A stretch of 64,000 nucleotides of DNA from an uncultured Spirochaetota bacterium (lineage in GTDB: Bacteria > Spirochaetota > Spirochaetia > SZUA-6 > Fen-1364). The notes beneath the pieces were generated by a model. It saw only the letters and a program-made list of their open reading frames with translations. It did no database searches and was not told where the DNA came from. This document shows positions 46,507-56,514 of this stretch, piece after piece. The position numbers were made by a program, and so were the translations under genes. The stretch covers positions 736,001-800,000 of the forward strand of contig CAVTHO010000008.1 of NCBI GenBank assembly GCA_963734545.1, given 5' to 3'. Numbering within the stretch: position 1 is the stretch's first letter; each line of letters starts with the position of its first letter.

Positions 46507-49107
46507 ATGAAAAAAACAAAGGTGGCGCCCGGCATCTTCTGGGTCGAAATACCGGAAGCGGATCTCCGCATCGTTTGTGGATGCCCCGCCGACACGGTCA
46601 AACACCTCGCCAAGCATGGCATGATCGTTTCCACGACCCGGGGCGGGTTCACATTCGAGACAGGACCGAATGCCATCCTCCTCTCCGACACCCCGATTCA
46701 AAAGGGAAGCTTCGCCAGTCTCTCGGAGTTCCCCCTCCTGCAGATGTTCTACAAGCAGGGAATGCTGATCCCCGGCCACCCGAGCAATACCGGCCGCCGG
46801 CCGCTTCTCATCGGGCTGGGCGACCAGGTGCGCGCGCAGGCGGACTACTTTTTCCGCGGCAACTATGGCCTCCGCTCCGAGGAGGAAATAATGGCGTGCG
46901 GGGTCCCCGCCGCGGCCGCACGGGAGATGTTCCGAGTGAAGAAGTGGTTCGCATTCGGCGCCATCCGTGCCACCGCGGAGCTCGTGGAGACCCGGGCGCT
47001 GGACTCGGAAGCGGTGGAGCTCGCTCCGGGGGTTGTTCTGCACCGAAAGGGATTCAATCGCTACGAGTTCCTTTCGGAAGGCCAATCGATCCAGGTGGAT
47101 CTCACGCTCGGCCCCGGGGAGCAGTTCGAGCCATCCTACAAGCTGCCGGCCCGCGGGATCAGGCGTGAGCACTTTTCCGTCACTCATGTGGGCGAGGGGG
47201 ACGGCTGGGACCCTGCCCGCCCCTGCATGGGAAGCATTGTGTGCCACAAGGGACTCCTGTATCTGGTGGATGCAGGCCCTCACATCACCTTTTCGCTGGA
47301 TGCGCTGGGCATCGGCGCAGGGGACATCGAGGGCATCTTCCACTCCCACGCGCACGACGACCATTTCGCCGGCCTGACATCTCTGGTGCGCTCGGAACGG
47401 AGGATGAAATACTTCGCGGCACCGTACGTGCGCGCCACGGCGCAGAAGAAGCTGGGCGCGCTCATGCGATTCGACGAGGAGCGTTTCTCGCGATTCTTCG
47501 AGGTGCACGACCTCGTTCCCGGTGAATGGAACTCCGTCGAAGGGATGGAGGTGAGGCCGCTGTATTCCCCGCATCCCGTGGAGACCACCGTGTTCTTTTT
47601 CCGCGCCCGCGCCGGGGCGGAGGTGCGCACATACGGGCACCTGGCGGATATCCCTTCCTTCGACGTCCTGGGCAAGCTGGCCGAGGGCCGTGATGGGACA
47701 GGCGCGCTCACCGAAGCCGGCCGGGCGGCCTTCGCGCGGGAAGCTCTCACCACGGTCGATCTCAAGAAGATCGACGTGGGCGGCGGGCTCATCCACGGCA
47801 ACGCAATCGACTTCGCCTCCGATGCCTCAGACAGGGTCCTCCTCAGCCATGGCATCGCGTCGATCCCCGACTCGCTGAAGGGGGTCGCAACGACGGCCTC
47901 GTTCGGTGACACGGATGTGCTGCTCCCCGGGGGAGCCGGCGGCTACCTCCTCGACATCGCCCGCACCTCACTCGCCGCGTGCATTCCCGGCCTGACGGCC
48001 GAGGAGATCGAGCCGATTGCGCGCGGGCCCATTGCGGAGATCGCGCCCGGCGCGCGCGTGGGCGGGAAGCAAGCCGGAGAGGCCGTGGTCAATCTCATCC
48101 TCAGCGGCACGGTGGAGGAGACGGACGCCTCTTCGGGCGAGAGCCGCCGGATCTCCTCCGGGGCGCTCGTGGGCGTATCGCCCGCGCGGCCGGGAAAGCT
48201 CGCCGCACACACCACTTGCCGCGCCGTGAGCGCGGTGACCGTGCTCGGCATCCCGGCCCGGACGTACCGCAAGCTTGTCGGGCGCACGGGAGTCGCCGAG
48301 GCGCTCCGGCGCTCAGCGTCGATACGCGGCCTGCTGTCACTCTGCCCCTTGTTCAAGGGGATCCGTTCCGAGTCGGTGCTGAACGGAATTGCGGCCGTCA
48401 TGCAGGAGCGGCGCCTGCTCCCGGATCGCGGTCCTGAACCGCCGGAAAAGCCCGAGCTGTACGTCCTGGCCGACGGGGAGATAGATCTCATGGTGGGCGC
48501 GCGGCTTGTCGAGACGATCGGACCCGGAGGATTCTGGGGAGAGGAGCGGATCGTCAGCGCCTCCCCCGTCATCTGCGAGCCGCGCGGCGCGGGCACCTGC
48601 ACCTATTTCGCGGTCCCTGCCGAGGTTCTCTTCTCGATCCCCATGGTGCAGTGGGAGCTGCAGGAGACATTCGAGCGGCGCCTCAGAAGCTTCCGGGCGG
48701 AGTTCCGGTTCGAGTGGTCCGACGCCTTCCGCGTGGGGGTGCAGGAGCTCGATGACCAGCACCGCCGGCTCTTCAGCCTCGTCAATGGCCTGTCAGAGAT
48801 CATCGGCGAGACAGGGAAGATCGAAGGCCACGACGAGAAGAAGAAGGAGCTGCTCGCGTTTGCGCGCGTGCATTTCGCCAGTGAGGAAGCCCTGATGGAG
48901 GCCCACGACTACCATCGGCTGGACGTGCAGCGCAGGGAACACGGAGACCTGCTCGCGCGGCTGGAGCGGTTTGCCGGGGAAGGCGAGCGGCGCAGGCGGC
49001 CTCGAGCCCAGACAGCCGTGGATTACCTGAAAGACTGGCTCATCCGGCACGTCCTCCTCGAGGACCTCAGGTACCGGGACTATTTCAAACAGAAGGGACT
49101 TCGCTGA
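46507..49107 (+). CDS. Metallo-beta-lactamase-fold + two cNMP-binding-like + bacteriohemerythrin multidomain protein
   Basis: LVDAGP, HAHDDH; LYVLADGEI..GGFWGEE; W..AFRVG...DDQH, HFASEE, WLIRHVLLED. Confidence 0.85.
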   Translation: MKKTKVAPGIFWVEIPEADLRIVCGCPADTVKHLAKHGMIVSTTRGGFTFETGPNAILLSDTPIQKGSFASLSEFPLLQMFYKQGMLIPGHPSNTGRRPLLIGLGDQVRAQADYFFRGNYGLRSEEEIMACGVPAAAAREMFRVKKWFAFGAIRATAELVETRALDSEAVELAPGVVLHRKGFNRYEFLSEGQSIQVDLTLGPGEQFEPSYKLPARGIRREHFSVTHVGEGDGWDPARPCMGSIVCHKGLLYLVDAGPHITFSLDALGIGAGDIEGIFHSHAHDDHFAGLTSLVRSERRMKYFAAPYVRATAQKKLGALMRFDEERFSRFFEVHDLVPGEWNSVEGMEVRPLYSPHPVETTVFFFRARAGAEVRTYGHLADIPSFDVLGKLAEGRDGTGALTEAGRAAFAREALTTVDLKKIDVGGGLIHGNAIDFASDASDRVLLSHGIASIPDSLKGVATTASFGDTDVLLPGGAGGYLLDIARTSLAACIPGLTAEEIEPIARGPIAEIAPGARVGGKQAGEAVVNLILSGTVEETDASSGESRRISSGALVGVSPARPGKLAAHTTCRAVSAVTVLGIPARTYRKLVGRTGVAEALRRSASIRGLLSLCPLFKGIRSESVLNGIAAVMQERRLLPDRGPEPPEKPELYVLADGEIDLMVGARLVETIGPGGFWGEERIVSASPVICEPRGAGTCTYFAVPAEVLFSIPMVQWELQETFERRLRSFRAEFRFEWSDAFRVGVQELDDQHRRLFSLVNGLSEIIGETGKIEGHDEKKKELLAFARVHFASEEALMEAHDYHRLDVQRREHGDLLARLERFAGEGERRRRPRAQTAVDYLKDWLIRHVLLEDLRYRDYFKQKGLR

Positions 49108-49771
49108 GGAATTCCAGGACGCCCGTCATGAGGGCGTTGACCCGGTCGAATCTCTCCGCTGAGGCGAGAATCTCCTTCTCCGTCTGGATGAAGCGCCCCG
49201 GAACGAGCTCGCTTCCGCAGGCGGCGATCATTGCGCGCGCGGCCGGCGCAGTTGTTTCAAGGTGAAACTGAAGACCGACGACCCGGTCGCCGATCGCGAA
49301 CGCCTGGTTCTCGCATGCCGCGCTCCTGGCAAACCCGCGCGCCCCCGGGGGGAGGTCGAATGTCTCCCCATGCCAGTGAAAGACATCGGCGCGAGCGGGG
49401 AGCGGGAGCTCGCCCGTTCCGGTCCGTTCGATGGGAAACCATCCGATTTCGGGCTGGGGATTGGGGTACACCCTCGCTCCCAGGGCGCACGCGATCAGCT
49501 GGGCGCCGAGACAGATCCCCAGCACGACCTTTCCCCGCGCCACGGCTTCCGCTATGAATCTTTTCTCGGCAGCGAGCCACGGGCAGGACGTCTCGTCATT
49601 GACGCTCATCGGGCCGCCCAGGACGATGAGCCAGTCCAGATCGGTCGTCAGGGGCAGCCGGGCATCCTCGAAGAACCTGGTCGATGCCACCCGGGCGGAC
49701 CTGGATTTCAGCCAGCCGGCGATGCTGCCGAGGCCCTCAAAGGGAACGTGCTGCAAATAGTGAACTCTCAT
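49085..49771 (-). CDS. Class I glutamine amidotransferase-like protein
   Basis: QHVPFEG, GGPMS, GICLGAQL, WHGE, QFHLE. Confidence 0.92.
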   Translation of the reverse strand: MRVHYLQHVPFEGLGSIAGWLKSRSARVASTRFFEDARLPLTTDLDWLIVLGGPMSVNDETSCPWLAAEKRFIAEAVARGKVVLGICLGAQLIACALGARVYPNPQPEIGWFPIERTGTGELPLPARADVFHWHGETFDLPPGARGFARSAACENQAFAIGDRVVGLQFHLETTAPAARAMIAACGSELVPGRFIQTEKEILASAERFDRVNALMTGVLEFLSEVPSV

Positions 49772-51582
49772 TATCCGCATTCCCCCGTATCGCAGAAGCT
49801 CCGGATCGCCCTCAGGAAATCTGCGCCAAAAGCGGCGAGCTTGCGATCCCCCACGCCCGGGCAGCGCAGGAGCCCCGCGGGATCCGTCGGCTGATCTTTC
49901 GCCATTGCGCGAAGCGTCTTGTCGCTGAAAACAATGTAGGGCGGGATGTCCCGGCTCTCCGCGATTCGCCTGCGAACCTGCTTGAGACAAAGAAAGAGCT
50001 CTTCCGGAGGCGCTGCCGGCGATGCGGGCGGGAGCGGCGCATCGGCGGCAGCGCCCCTGCCGGGTCCTGACGAGGCAAAGAAGCTCTCCTTTCCCCGCAG
50101 CAGGAGACGGCCCCTGTCAGAGAGGTGGAAGCCGGCCAGGCGGCCCTCGCCGCGGAGAAGGAAATCACCGGCCTCCAGCTCCTGGATCAGCGAGAGCCAC
50201 CACCGCTTGTCCCTGTCCCTGCCGATGCCGAATGTCGGCAGGGAGTGATGGCCCCTTTCCATGATCCTGTCCGTTGCATTGCCGATGAGGATGTCGGCCA
50301 GGTGGTGCGCGCCGAAACGCTCCCCCGTGCGCGCAGCGGCGGACAGCACCTTCATGGCAGCCACCGTCATGTCCTCGCGCGTGCTCTGCCCGGTGCACAC
50401 GTCGCAGCGGCCGCAGTTCCCGGGGTGCTGCTCGCCGAAATGGGCAAGAAGCGGGATGCGCCGGCACACCTGCGCGCCCACGTAGCGGAGGATCTCCCGA
50501 AGGCGTGCCTCGGCGCGCGCGCGTTCCTCGGGGGCTTCGATCTGCTGGATCTGCCAGCGAATGGACGCGATATCGGCCGGACCGTGGAAGAGCACGGTAT
50601 CCGCCTCTTCGCCGTCCCGGGCCGCGCGGCCGGTCTCCTGGTAGTACCCCTCCACGCTGCGGGGAAGATCGGCGTGCACCACCCATCGCACGTTTGATTT
50701 GTCGATGCCCATCCCGAAAGCAATCGTGGCCACCACGACAGTGGCCTCGTCCCTGACAAACGCCTCCTGCCGCAGGCGCCTGTCCTCGTCATCGATGCCG
50801 GCGTGATACGCGACCGCTCGAACGCCGTGTGCCGAAAGATACTGCGCCGTCTTCTCGACGGCCTTTCTCGTGCCGCGATAGACGATACCGGGCTCGCCCT
50901 CGTGCCTCCGGATGAACTCCCGCACCTGGTTTTCCCCGGTCCCCTCCTTCGCGGCAACCCTGTAGAAGATTTCAGGACGGTCGAAGCTCGCCCGGACCAC
51001 GAAGGGATTTCTGAGCCCCAGCAGCCGCACCACGTCCTCCTGAACCTGGCGGGTGGCCGTGGCAGTGAAGGCGGCGATGGGAACCGCGGGAAACTCCGCG
51101 CGCAGGAGGCCCAGCGCGCGGTAGTCGGGGCGGAACTCGTGGCCCCATTCCGATATGCAGTGCGCCTCGTCCACGGCGATCCCCGCGAGACCGAACCTTT
51201 TGAGCTGTCCCCTGAAGTCCGGAATCGAGAGGCGCTCCGGTGAGACGTAGAGCAGCCTGATGCGGCCGGCTGCCAGCTCCCGCCAGGCCGCGCGCGCCTC
51301 CTCCGCGGACAGGCTGCTGTTGAGGACGGCTGCGGGGATCCCGTTCTCCCGGGCCGCGTCCACCTGGTCCTTCATGAGCGCGATGAGAGGGCTCACCACG
51401 ATCGTGAGCCCCTGGCGCATGAGCGCGGGGAGCTGGTAGCAGAGCGACTTTCCGCCGCCCGTCGGCAGGGCGGCGAAGACGTCCTTCCCGTCCAGGGTGG
51501 CGCGGATGATGGTCTCCTGGTTGGCGCGAAAAGAGGAGAAGCCGAAGTAGTGCTTCAAGGCCGGCGTGAGCTCGGATGCCAC
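49771..51582 (-). CDS. recQ: DNA helicase RecQ
   Basis: PTGGGKSLCYQ, VDEAHCISEWGHEFRP, QETGRAARDG, Zn-RQC, HRDC. Confidence 0.96.
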   Translation of the reverse strand: MASELTPALKHYFGFSSFRANQETIIRATLDGKDVFAALPTGGGKSLCYQLPALMRQGLTIVVSPLIALMKDQVDAARENGIPAAVLNSSLSAEEARAAWRELAAGRIRLLYVSPERLSIPDFRGQLKRFGLAGIAVDEAHCISEWGHEFRPDYRALGLLRAEFPAVPIAAFTATATRQVQEDVVRLLGLRNPFVVRASFDRPEIFYRVAAKEGTGENQVREFIRRHEGEPGIVYRGTRKAVEKTAQYLSAHGVRAVAYHAGIDDEDRRLRQEAFVRDEATVVVATIAFGMGIDKSNVRWVVHADLPRSVEGYYQETGRAARDGEEADTVLFHGPADIASIRWQIQQIEAPEERARAEARLREILRYVGAQVCRRIPLLAHFGEQHPGNCGRCDVCTGQSTREDMTVAAMKVLSAAARTGERFGAHHLADILIGNATDRIMERGHHSLPTFGIGRDRDKRWWLSLIQELEAGDFLLRGEGRLAGFHLSDRGRLLLRGKESFFASSGPGRGAAADAPLPPASPAAPPEELFLCLKQVRRRIAESRDIPPYIVFSDKTLRAMAKDQPTDPAGLLRCPGVGDRKLAAFGADFLRAIRSFCDTGECG

Positions 51583-51592
51583 CCGCGTCCCC

Positions 51593-53380
51593 CTACTCCC
51601 CGGCCCGCTCGGCGAGCTCCTGCCACCGGGCCATCTTTCTGTCCAGTTGTGCCACCACCTCGCGATAGCGGGTATGACGCCGGCCGACCGCGGCCGCATC
51701 CTGCACAGGCTTCTGAAACTCGGCTTCCAGCTCGCGCTGTTCCCCCTCGAGGGACGTGATCTCTTCCAGGAGTGCCCGATACTCCTGCCGCTCCTTGAAC
51801 GAAAGCTCGGCTTTCTCCCGCCGGTTCGGCCGCGTCCTCGCGCCGCCCGGGGCCGCGCGCGCAAGAAGGGCCTGCTCTTCGGCGCGGGCTTGCGCATTTC
51901 TTTCGGCGCGCGCATCGCGGTATTCCTCGTAGTTTCCCGTGAACCCGCGGATGCCGCCGTTGCCGTCGAATATGAAAAGGTAGTCAGTGAGCCTGTCCAG
52001 CATGGCCCTGTCGTGGGAGACGATCATCATGCATCCTGAAAAATCGAGAAGGTAGTTCTCCAGGAGCCTGATCGTATCGAGGTCCAGGTCATTCGTCGGC
52101 TCGTCCAGCAGGAGGAAGTTCGGGGCCGTGGCGAGCAGGCGGACGAAATACAGCCGGCGGAACTCTCCGCCTGACAGCCTCTCCAGGGGCAGGGCCTGCA
52201 TCTCCCGGGGGAAGAGAAACCGCTCCAGGAATTGTTCCGCGGAGACCGACGCTCCCTGCTCAACCGGCACGCGCTCGCCGAGCTCCCTGACGTATTCCAG
52301 GACGGAGAGCTTTCCGTTGCTGAAGCCGCCCCTCTGACTGAAGGTGGCGAACACGGTGGTTTCGCCCTTGATCACGGTCCCTGCATCCGGAATGACCGCC
52401 TGGGAAACGAGATCGAGGAACGTCGTCTTGCCCGAGCCGTTGGGACCGATGATGCCGATGCGCTCCCCGCGCCTGAAGCTGTAGGTGAAAGGCCTGATGA
52501 CCTCCTTCCCCCCGTAGCTTTTCGCAATACCGTGCAGCTCGAGAACCTTCTTGCCCAATCTCCTGTGCGTGGAGGAGAACTGCCGCAGGTCGTTCTCTTT
52601 CTGCAGGCCCGTGTCCAGAAGGTCCTGGATCCTTCCCTTGCGTCCCTTGTCCTTGCCCGTCCGGGCGCGCGGTCCCCGCTTCAGCCATTCCAGCTCGCCC
52701 CGCAGGATCGAGGTCCTGCGCTGTTCGGCCCGCTCGAGCGCCTCGGCCCGTTCCGCTTTGCGCTCCAGGTACTCCGAGTAGTTGCCGGGGTACTTGTAGA
52801 CCCGGCGCGCGTCGATTTCCAGGATGGCCGTGCACACCGCATCCAGGAAATAGCGATCGTGCGTGACCAGCAGGAAGCCGAACGAGGCGTTTTTCAGGAC
52901 ATTTTCCAGCCACTCTATCGTATCCAGATCCAGGTGGTTGGTGGGCTCGTCGAGCGTCAGGAAGCCGGCGCCGAACGCCAGACAGCGGGCAAGAGAGACC
53001 TTGCGCACCATTCCGCCGGAAAGCGTTCCCATGGCAGCGGAGCTGTCCGCAAGGCCGAGCTCCCGGCAGAAGGAACGGAAACGAAAGAGGAGGGGGGACC
53101 CTTCCTCGGCGTGTCCTCCGAGGAACTCGTCGATCGTCATTTCCGGGGCGAACCGGGGCGTCTGCTCGAGCGCGCTGAGAGTGAGATCCCTGTTCCTCGA
53201 AACGCTGCCTGCGTCCGGTTCGATCTCGCCGTGCAGGATCCCCAGAAAGGTGGATTTGCCGGAGCCATTCCTGCCGATGAAGCCGATTTTCTCTCCGGCA
53301 TCGATGCCGACGGTCACCTGCTCGAAGAGGGGGGCGTCACCGAGGGTCTTGCTCACCCCGGCGAATGAGATGATGTTCAT
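51593..53380 (-). CDS. uup: ABC-F family ATPase (Uup-like)
   Basis: Two ABC domains (GRNGSGKS, GPNGSGKT, LDEPTN), C-terminal coiled coil. Confidence 0.88.
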   Translation of the reverse strand: MNIISFAGVSKTLGDAPLFEQVTVGIDAGEKIGFIGRNGSGKSTFLGILHGEIEPDAGSVSRNRDLTLSALEQTPRFAPEMTIDEFLGGHAEEGSPLLFRFRSFCRELGLADSSAAMGTLSGGMVRKVSLARCLAFGAGFLTLDEPTNHLDLDTIEWLENVLKNASFGFLLVTHDRYFLDAVCTAILEIDARRVYKYPGNYSEYLERKAERAEALERAEQRRTSILRGELEWLKRGPRARTGKDKGRKGRIQDLLDTGLQKENDLRQFSSTHRRLGKKVLELHGIAKSYGGKEVIRPFTYSFRRGERIGIIGPNGSGKTTFLDLVSQAVIPDAGTVIKGETTVFATFSQRGGFSNGKLSVLEYVRELGERVPVEQGASVSAEQFLERFLFPREMQALPLERLSGGEFRRLYFVRLLATAPNFLLLDEPTNDLDLDTIRLLENYLLDFSGCMMIVSHDRAMLDRLTDYLFIFDGNGGIRGFTGNYEEYRDARAERNAQARAEEQALLARAAPGGARTRPNRREKAELSFKERQEYRALLEEITSLEGEQRELEAEFQKPVQDAAAVGRRHTRYREVVAQLDRKMARWQELAERAGE

Positions 53381-53389
53381 CGGCGGGAA

Positions 53390-54720
53390 TTATGCCGTTC
53401 CAAGGTTCTTCAGGAAGATGCGCGATTTTCGCTGCAGGTTGTAGGAAAGCCGCTTCTTCTCCGGAAGGTTCGACGGGTCGGATTCCACGAAGCCGAGCTT
53501 CTCGAACCAGTCCGCGGTCTGCGTGGTCAGGACGAAGACGGATGACATGCCCTTGCGGCGGGCCCGTTCGCACAGGAACTCCACCAGCTTGGGTCCCACT
53601 CCCAGATGGAGATAGTGATCGTCCACGGCGATGCCGGCGATTTCCCCCGTGCGCGTCGGGAAACTCGTGCAGCGCGGCACAGGCATGCACCGAGTCGTCC
53701 ACCTCGAACACGATGAAGTCCTGCCACGTGTCCTCGAGCTGAGCCTCCGTCCGGGGCAGAAGGATGCCGCGCTCCACGAACGGGCGCATGATGCGCAGCA
53801 CGTCGGAGATGTCATTGAGGGTCATGGGCCGAATACCGCCGTAGCGGTTGGAATAGACCATCGTGCCGGATCCGAGATTGGAGAATGTCTCCTTGAGGAT
53901 CACCCCCTCGTTGCGTCCGTCCAGAATGTGCACGCGCTCCACACCGGCATCACACGCGCGGCGGGCGCGGTGCAGCAGCTCGAGGTCACTCTCCCGTCCC
54001 GGATTGACCGCAAAGAACCGGTCGAGATCGGCCAGGCTGAAATTGGCCAGCCTCCCTCCGGGAGCCACTGACACGGTATCAGGGACCTTGAAGGAGTCGG
54101 GCTTCGTAGCCGTCACGAGAGGTGATGAAGAACAGCTTCTCCGCGCCCAGCGTCGTGGCCACCACCACGGCCAGCTCGTTGGAGGATATGTTGTACGGCT
54201 TACCCGTCGAGCTCCAGCCGATGCAGGGGAATATGGGGATCACGCCGTCATCCATGACCTTGCGCACCGTGTCGACGCGCACGCTCTCCACCACGCCGGC
54301 GCTCTGGTAGTCGACGCCGTCGATGACGCCAATGCCCCGTGCCCTGACCCAGTTTCCGATCACTGCCGTGATGCCGTTGGCGGAGAGCATCGTCATGACC
54401 CGGTTGGACACGTCGAAGGCCGCCATCTTGATGAAGGGGATGGCCTGCTCACTGGTGACCCGGATTCCCCTGATCAGCTCGTAGGGCACGGCGTACGTGG
54501 CGAGGACTTCGTCGATCCTTTCCTTGGCGCTCGGCGCAATGGCGATGCGGATACCCGCCTCGTGCAGCATGGCGAGGTCCTTCACGAGCACGGAGAACAG
54601 GGAATCATTCACCACGGTGTAGTCGATCTTGACCACGAAGGTCGTGCCGCGGAACTGCTTCAGGTAGCTGAAGACCTCGCGGATCGTGTCCACGTGCTCG
54701 CGGAGACGTTCGTGCTCCAT
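53390..54720 (-). CDS. argA: Amino-acid N-acetyltransferase (AAK + GNAT; two frameshifts)
   Basis: TFVVKID, GVDYQSAG, AEKLFF, RVHILDG, GILLPR, FVLTTQTADWF, YNLQRKSRI. Confidence 0.92.
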
Positions 54721-54762
54721 GCCCCGAGGGTAGCGGGCCGTGTCGGGGTCGTCAATGGTGGC

Positions 54763-55476
54763 CTATGCCTTTTCGGCGTAGAACTCGGGATACAGCTCCC
54801 GGGCGCACTCAGGGCACACGCTGTGGCTCAGCACCAGCTCCGAATGGTCCTTCAGGTACGCCTCGACCTGGTTCCAGTACCCCTTGTCGTCCCGAACCTT
54901 TTTGCATGACGAGCAGATGGGAAGAAACCCGCTGAGCGTCTTTACATTGCTGAGCGCCGACTGCAGCTCCGCCGTGCGCGCTTTCACCAGCTCCTCGAGC
55001 CGCTCCTTGTGCAGCGTCAGCTCCTCTTGGGCTTTCTTCAGCTCGGTGACGTCTTCGGAGATATAGATGGCACCGGTGATCTCGTTGCCGCGCTTCAGAG
55101 GCACGCCTCTCACATTGAAATAACCGTCTCCTCCACCTGAAACATTCGGAAAGTGGACTCCCCCCTTCTCGAAAGGAATCCCGCGGAGCACATCCTCGAA
55201 CTGGCGGGCGATACCGGCGGCGATGAGGCTCGGCCGTGACGCAAGAGAGCGGCCCAGGTAGTCTGCTTTCGTCCTCTTCCCTCTGCCCATATGAACTATG
55301 TGGAAGGGATTCACATCCGTGATCAGACCGTCTTTATCCACAACATACAGCGAAACGGGCAGCGCCTCGAAAAGTCTTCTGAAACGCTCTTCGTTGTCCC
55401 GGATCTCGAGATTCTCCTGCCTGAGCCTCGCGTTTTCCAGCTCGAGCGCTCGTACCCGGGCTTTCATACCAAACAT
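54763..55476 (-). CDS. Coiled coil-PAS protein with C-terminal CxxC...H-x2-CxxC domain
   Basis: EERFRRLFE PAS...EDVTE; LSGFLPICSSCKKVRDDKGYW...SHSVCPEC. Confidence 0.85.
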   Translation of the reverse strand: MFGMKARVRALELENARLRQENLEIRDNEERFRRLFEALPVSLYVVDKDGLITDVNPFHIVHMGRGKRTKADYLGRSLASRPSLIAAGIARQFEDVLRGIPFEKGGVHFPNVSGGGDGYFNVRGVPLKRGNEITGAIYISEDVTELKKAQEELTLHKERLEELVKARTAELQSALSNVKTLSGFLPICSSCKKVRDDKGYWNQVEAYLKDHSELVLSHSVCPECARELYPEFYAEKA

Positions 55477-55593
55477 GACTGTGACCTTCCTATGGGGGAT
55501 TCCAAGGAGAGTATACACCATTTTCTCTATTTTATCAAAAATATTGGGGACGGCGGATGGAGGCCTGCTCTCAGCCCGGCCCGGCGCCCTTCT

Positions 55594-56514
55594 TCATGCT
55601 TCCGAGGAGATATGCCGTCTACTGCGCAGCTCGACCAGTGCCACGGTCAGTGCAAACAGCAATGTGGAGAAGGCCACGGCCGGAACAGCGATGTCACCGG
55701 CAGCAGTCACGAGCCACGGCCAGTGAGGATCGGCATTGATCAGGCCGATGATCGTCAGATTGTAGATGCAGTGGGCGGTCATTGAGGCGTAGAGTGTCCC
55801 GCACCGGTCGAAAAGGTAGCCCAGGTAGAAGCCGACGAACGACAGGGCGGCGATGGACAGAGGACTCATGTGAAAGAGGGCGAAGAGAACGCCTTGAATC
55901 AGAATCGTGATCGGCACGGACAACCGGCGCCGAAGAGTCCCCTGCAGCCACCCGCGAAAGAGGACCTCTTCACAGATGGCGGGGGTGATCGCAACAGCCC
56001 CTATCACGAGCACGAGCTGGCCGGGGGACCTGATTGCCAGGAGCGACACTCCGCCGCCGCGGAGCTCGCGCAGGATGGGGAACAGGACATACGACCAGCT
56101 GTCCAGGAGCTGGGCCAGGGGCACGACGGTCACCGCGCCCACAACGGCCAGAACGAGGTCGAGGGCCGCCGGCCGGGCATAGGCGAGATAGCGCGCGGGC
56201 CGGCTGCTGTGCCATCTTCGGACGAGCAGGAACGTGAGGCCGAAGAACACGGCGAACTCCGCGACTGCCGTGACAAGGAGGATGGGGACCTGGAACCTGT
56301 CGTAGTATCCCTTGATGATTTCTATGAAGTTGTCCGTCCTCATCCAGGAGCGATCCTGGGCAGTGGCCACGGCAACAGTGATGGAAAGGCTCAGGCTCCC
56401 GAGCGTGGAATACAGGGCGCCGCAGAGCAGGATGCCGGCAAAGCCGGCGGCCAGAGGATTGCGGCCCGGTCGTTCCCAGGACCCGTCGAGGACGCTGACT
56501 TCCCGCCGGCTCAC
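55594..56514 (-). CDS. CPBP-family (CAAX/Abi) intramembrane metalloprotease
   Basis: EEVLFRG, FALFH, AHCIYN. Confidence 0.9.
   Translation of the reverse strand: MSRREVSVLDGSWERPGRNPLAAGFAGILLCGALYSTLGSLSLSITVAVATAQDRSWMRTDNFIEIIKGYYDRFQVPILLVTAVAEFAVFFGLTFLLVRRWHSSRPARYLAYARPAALDLVLAVVGAVTVVPLAQLLDSWSYVLFPILRELRGGGVSLLAIRSPGQLVLVIGAVAITPAICEEVLFRGWLQGTLRRRLSVPITILIQGVLFALFHMSPLSIAALSFVGFYLGYLFDRCGTLYASMTAHCIYNLTIIGLINADPHWPWLVTAAGDIAVPAVAFSTLLFALTVALVELRSRRHISSEA

Noticed and set aside
55594-56514. CPBP/Abi protein as a phage-defence gene
   Set aside because: The family is mainly membrane proteases and there is no defence-island context
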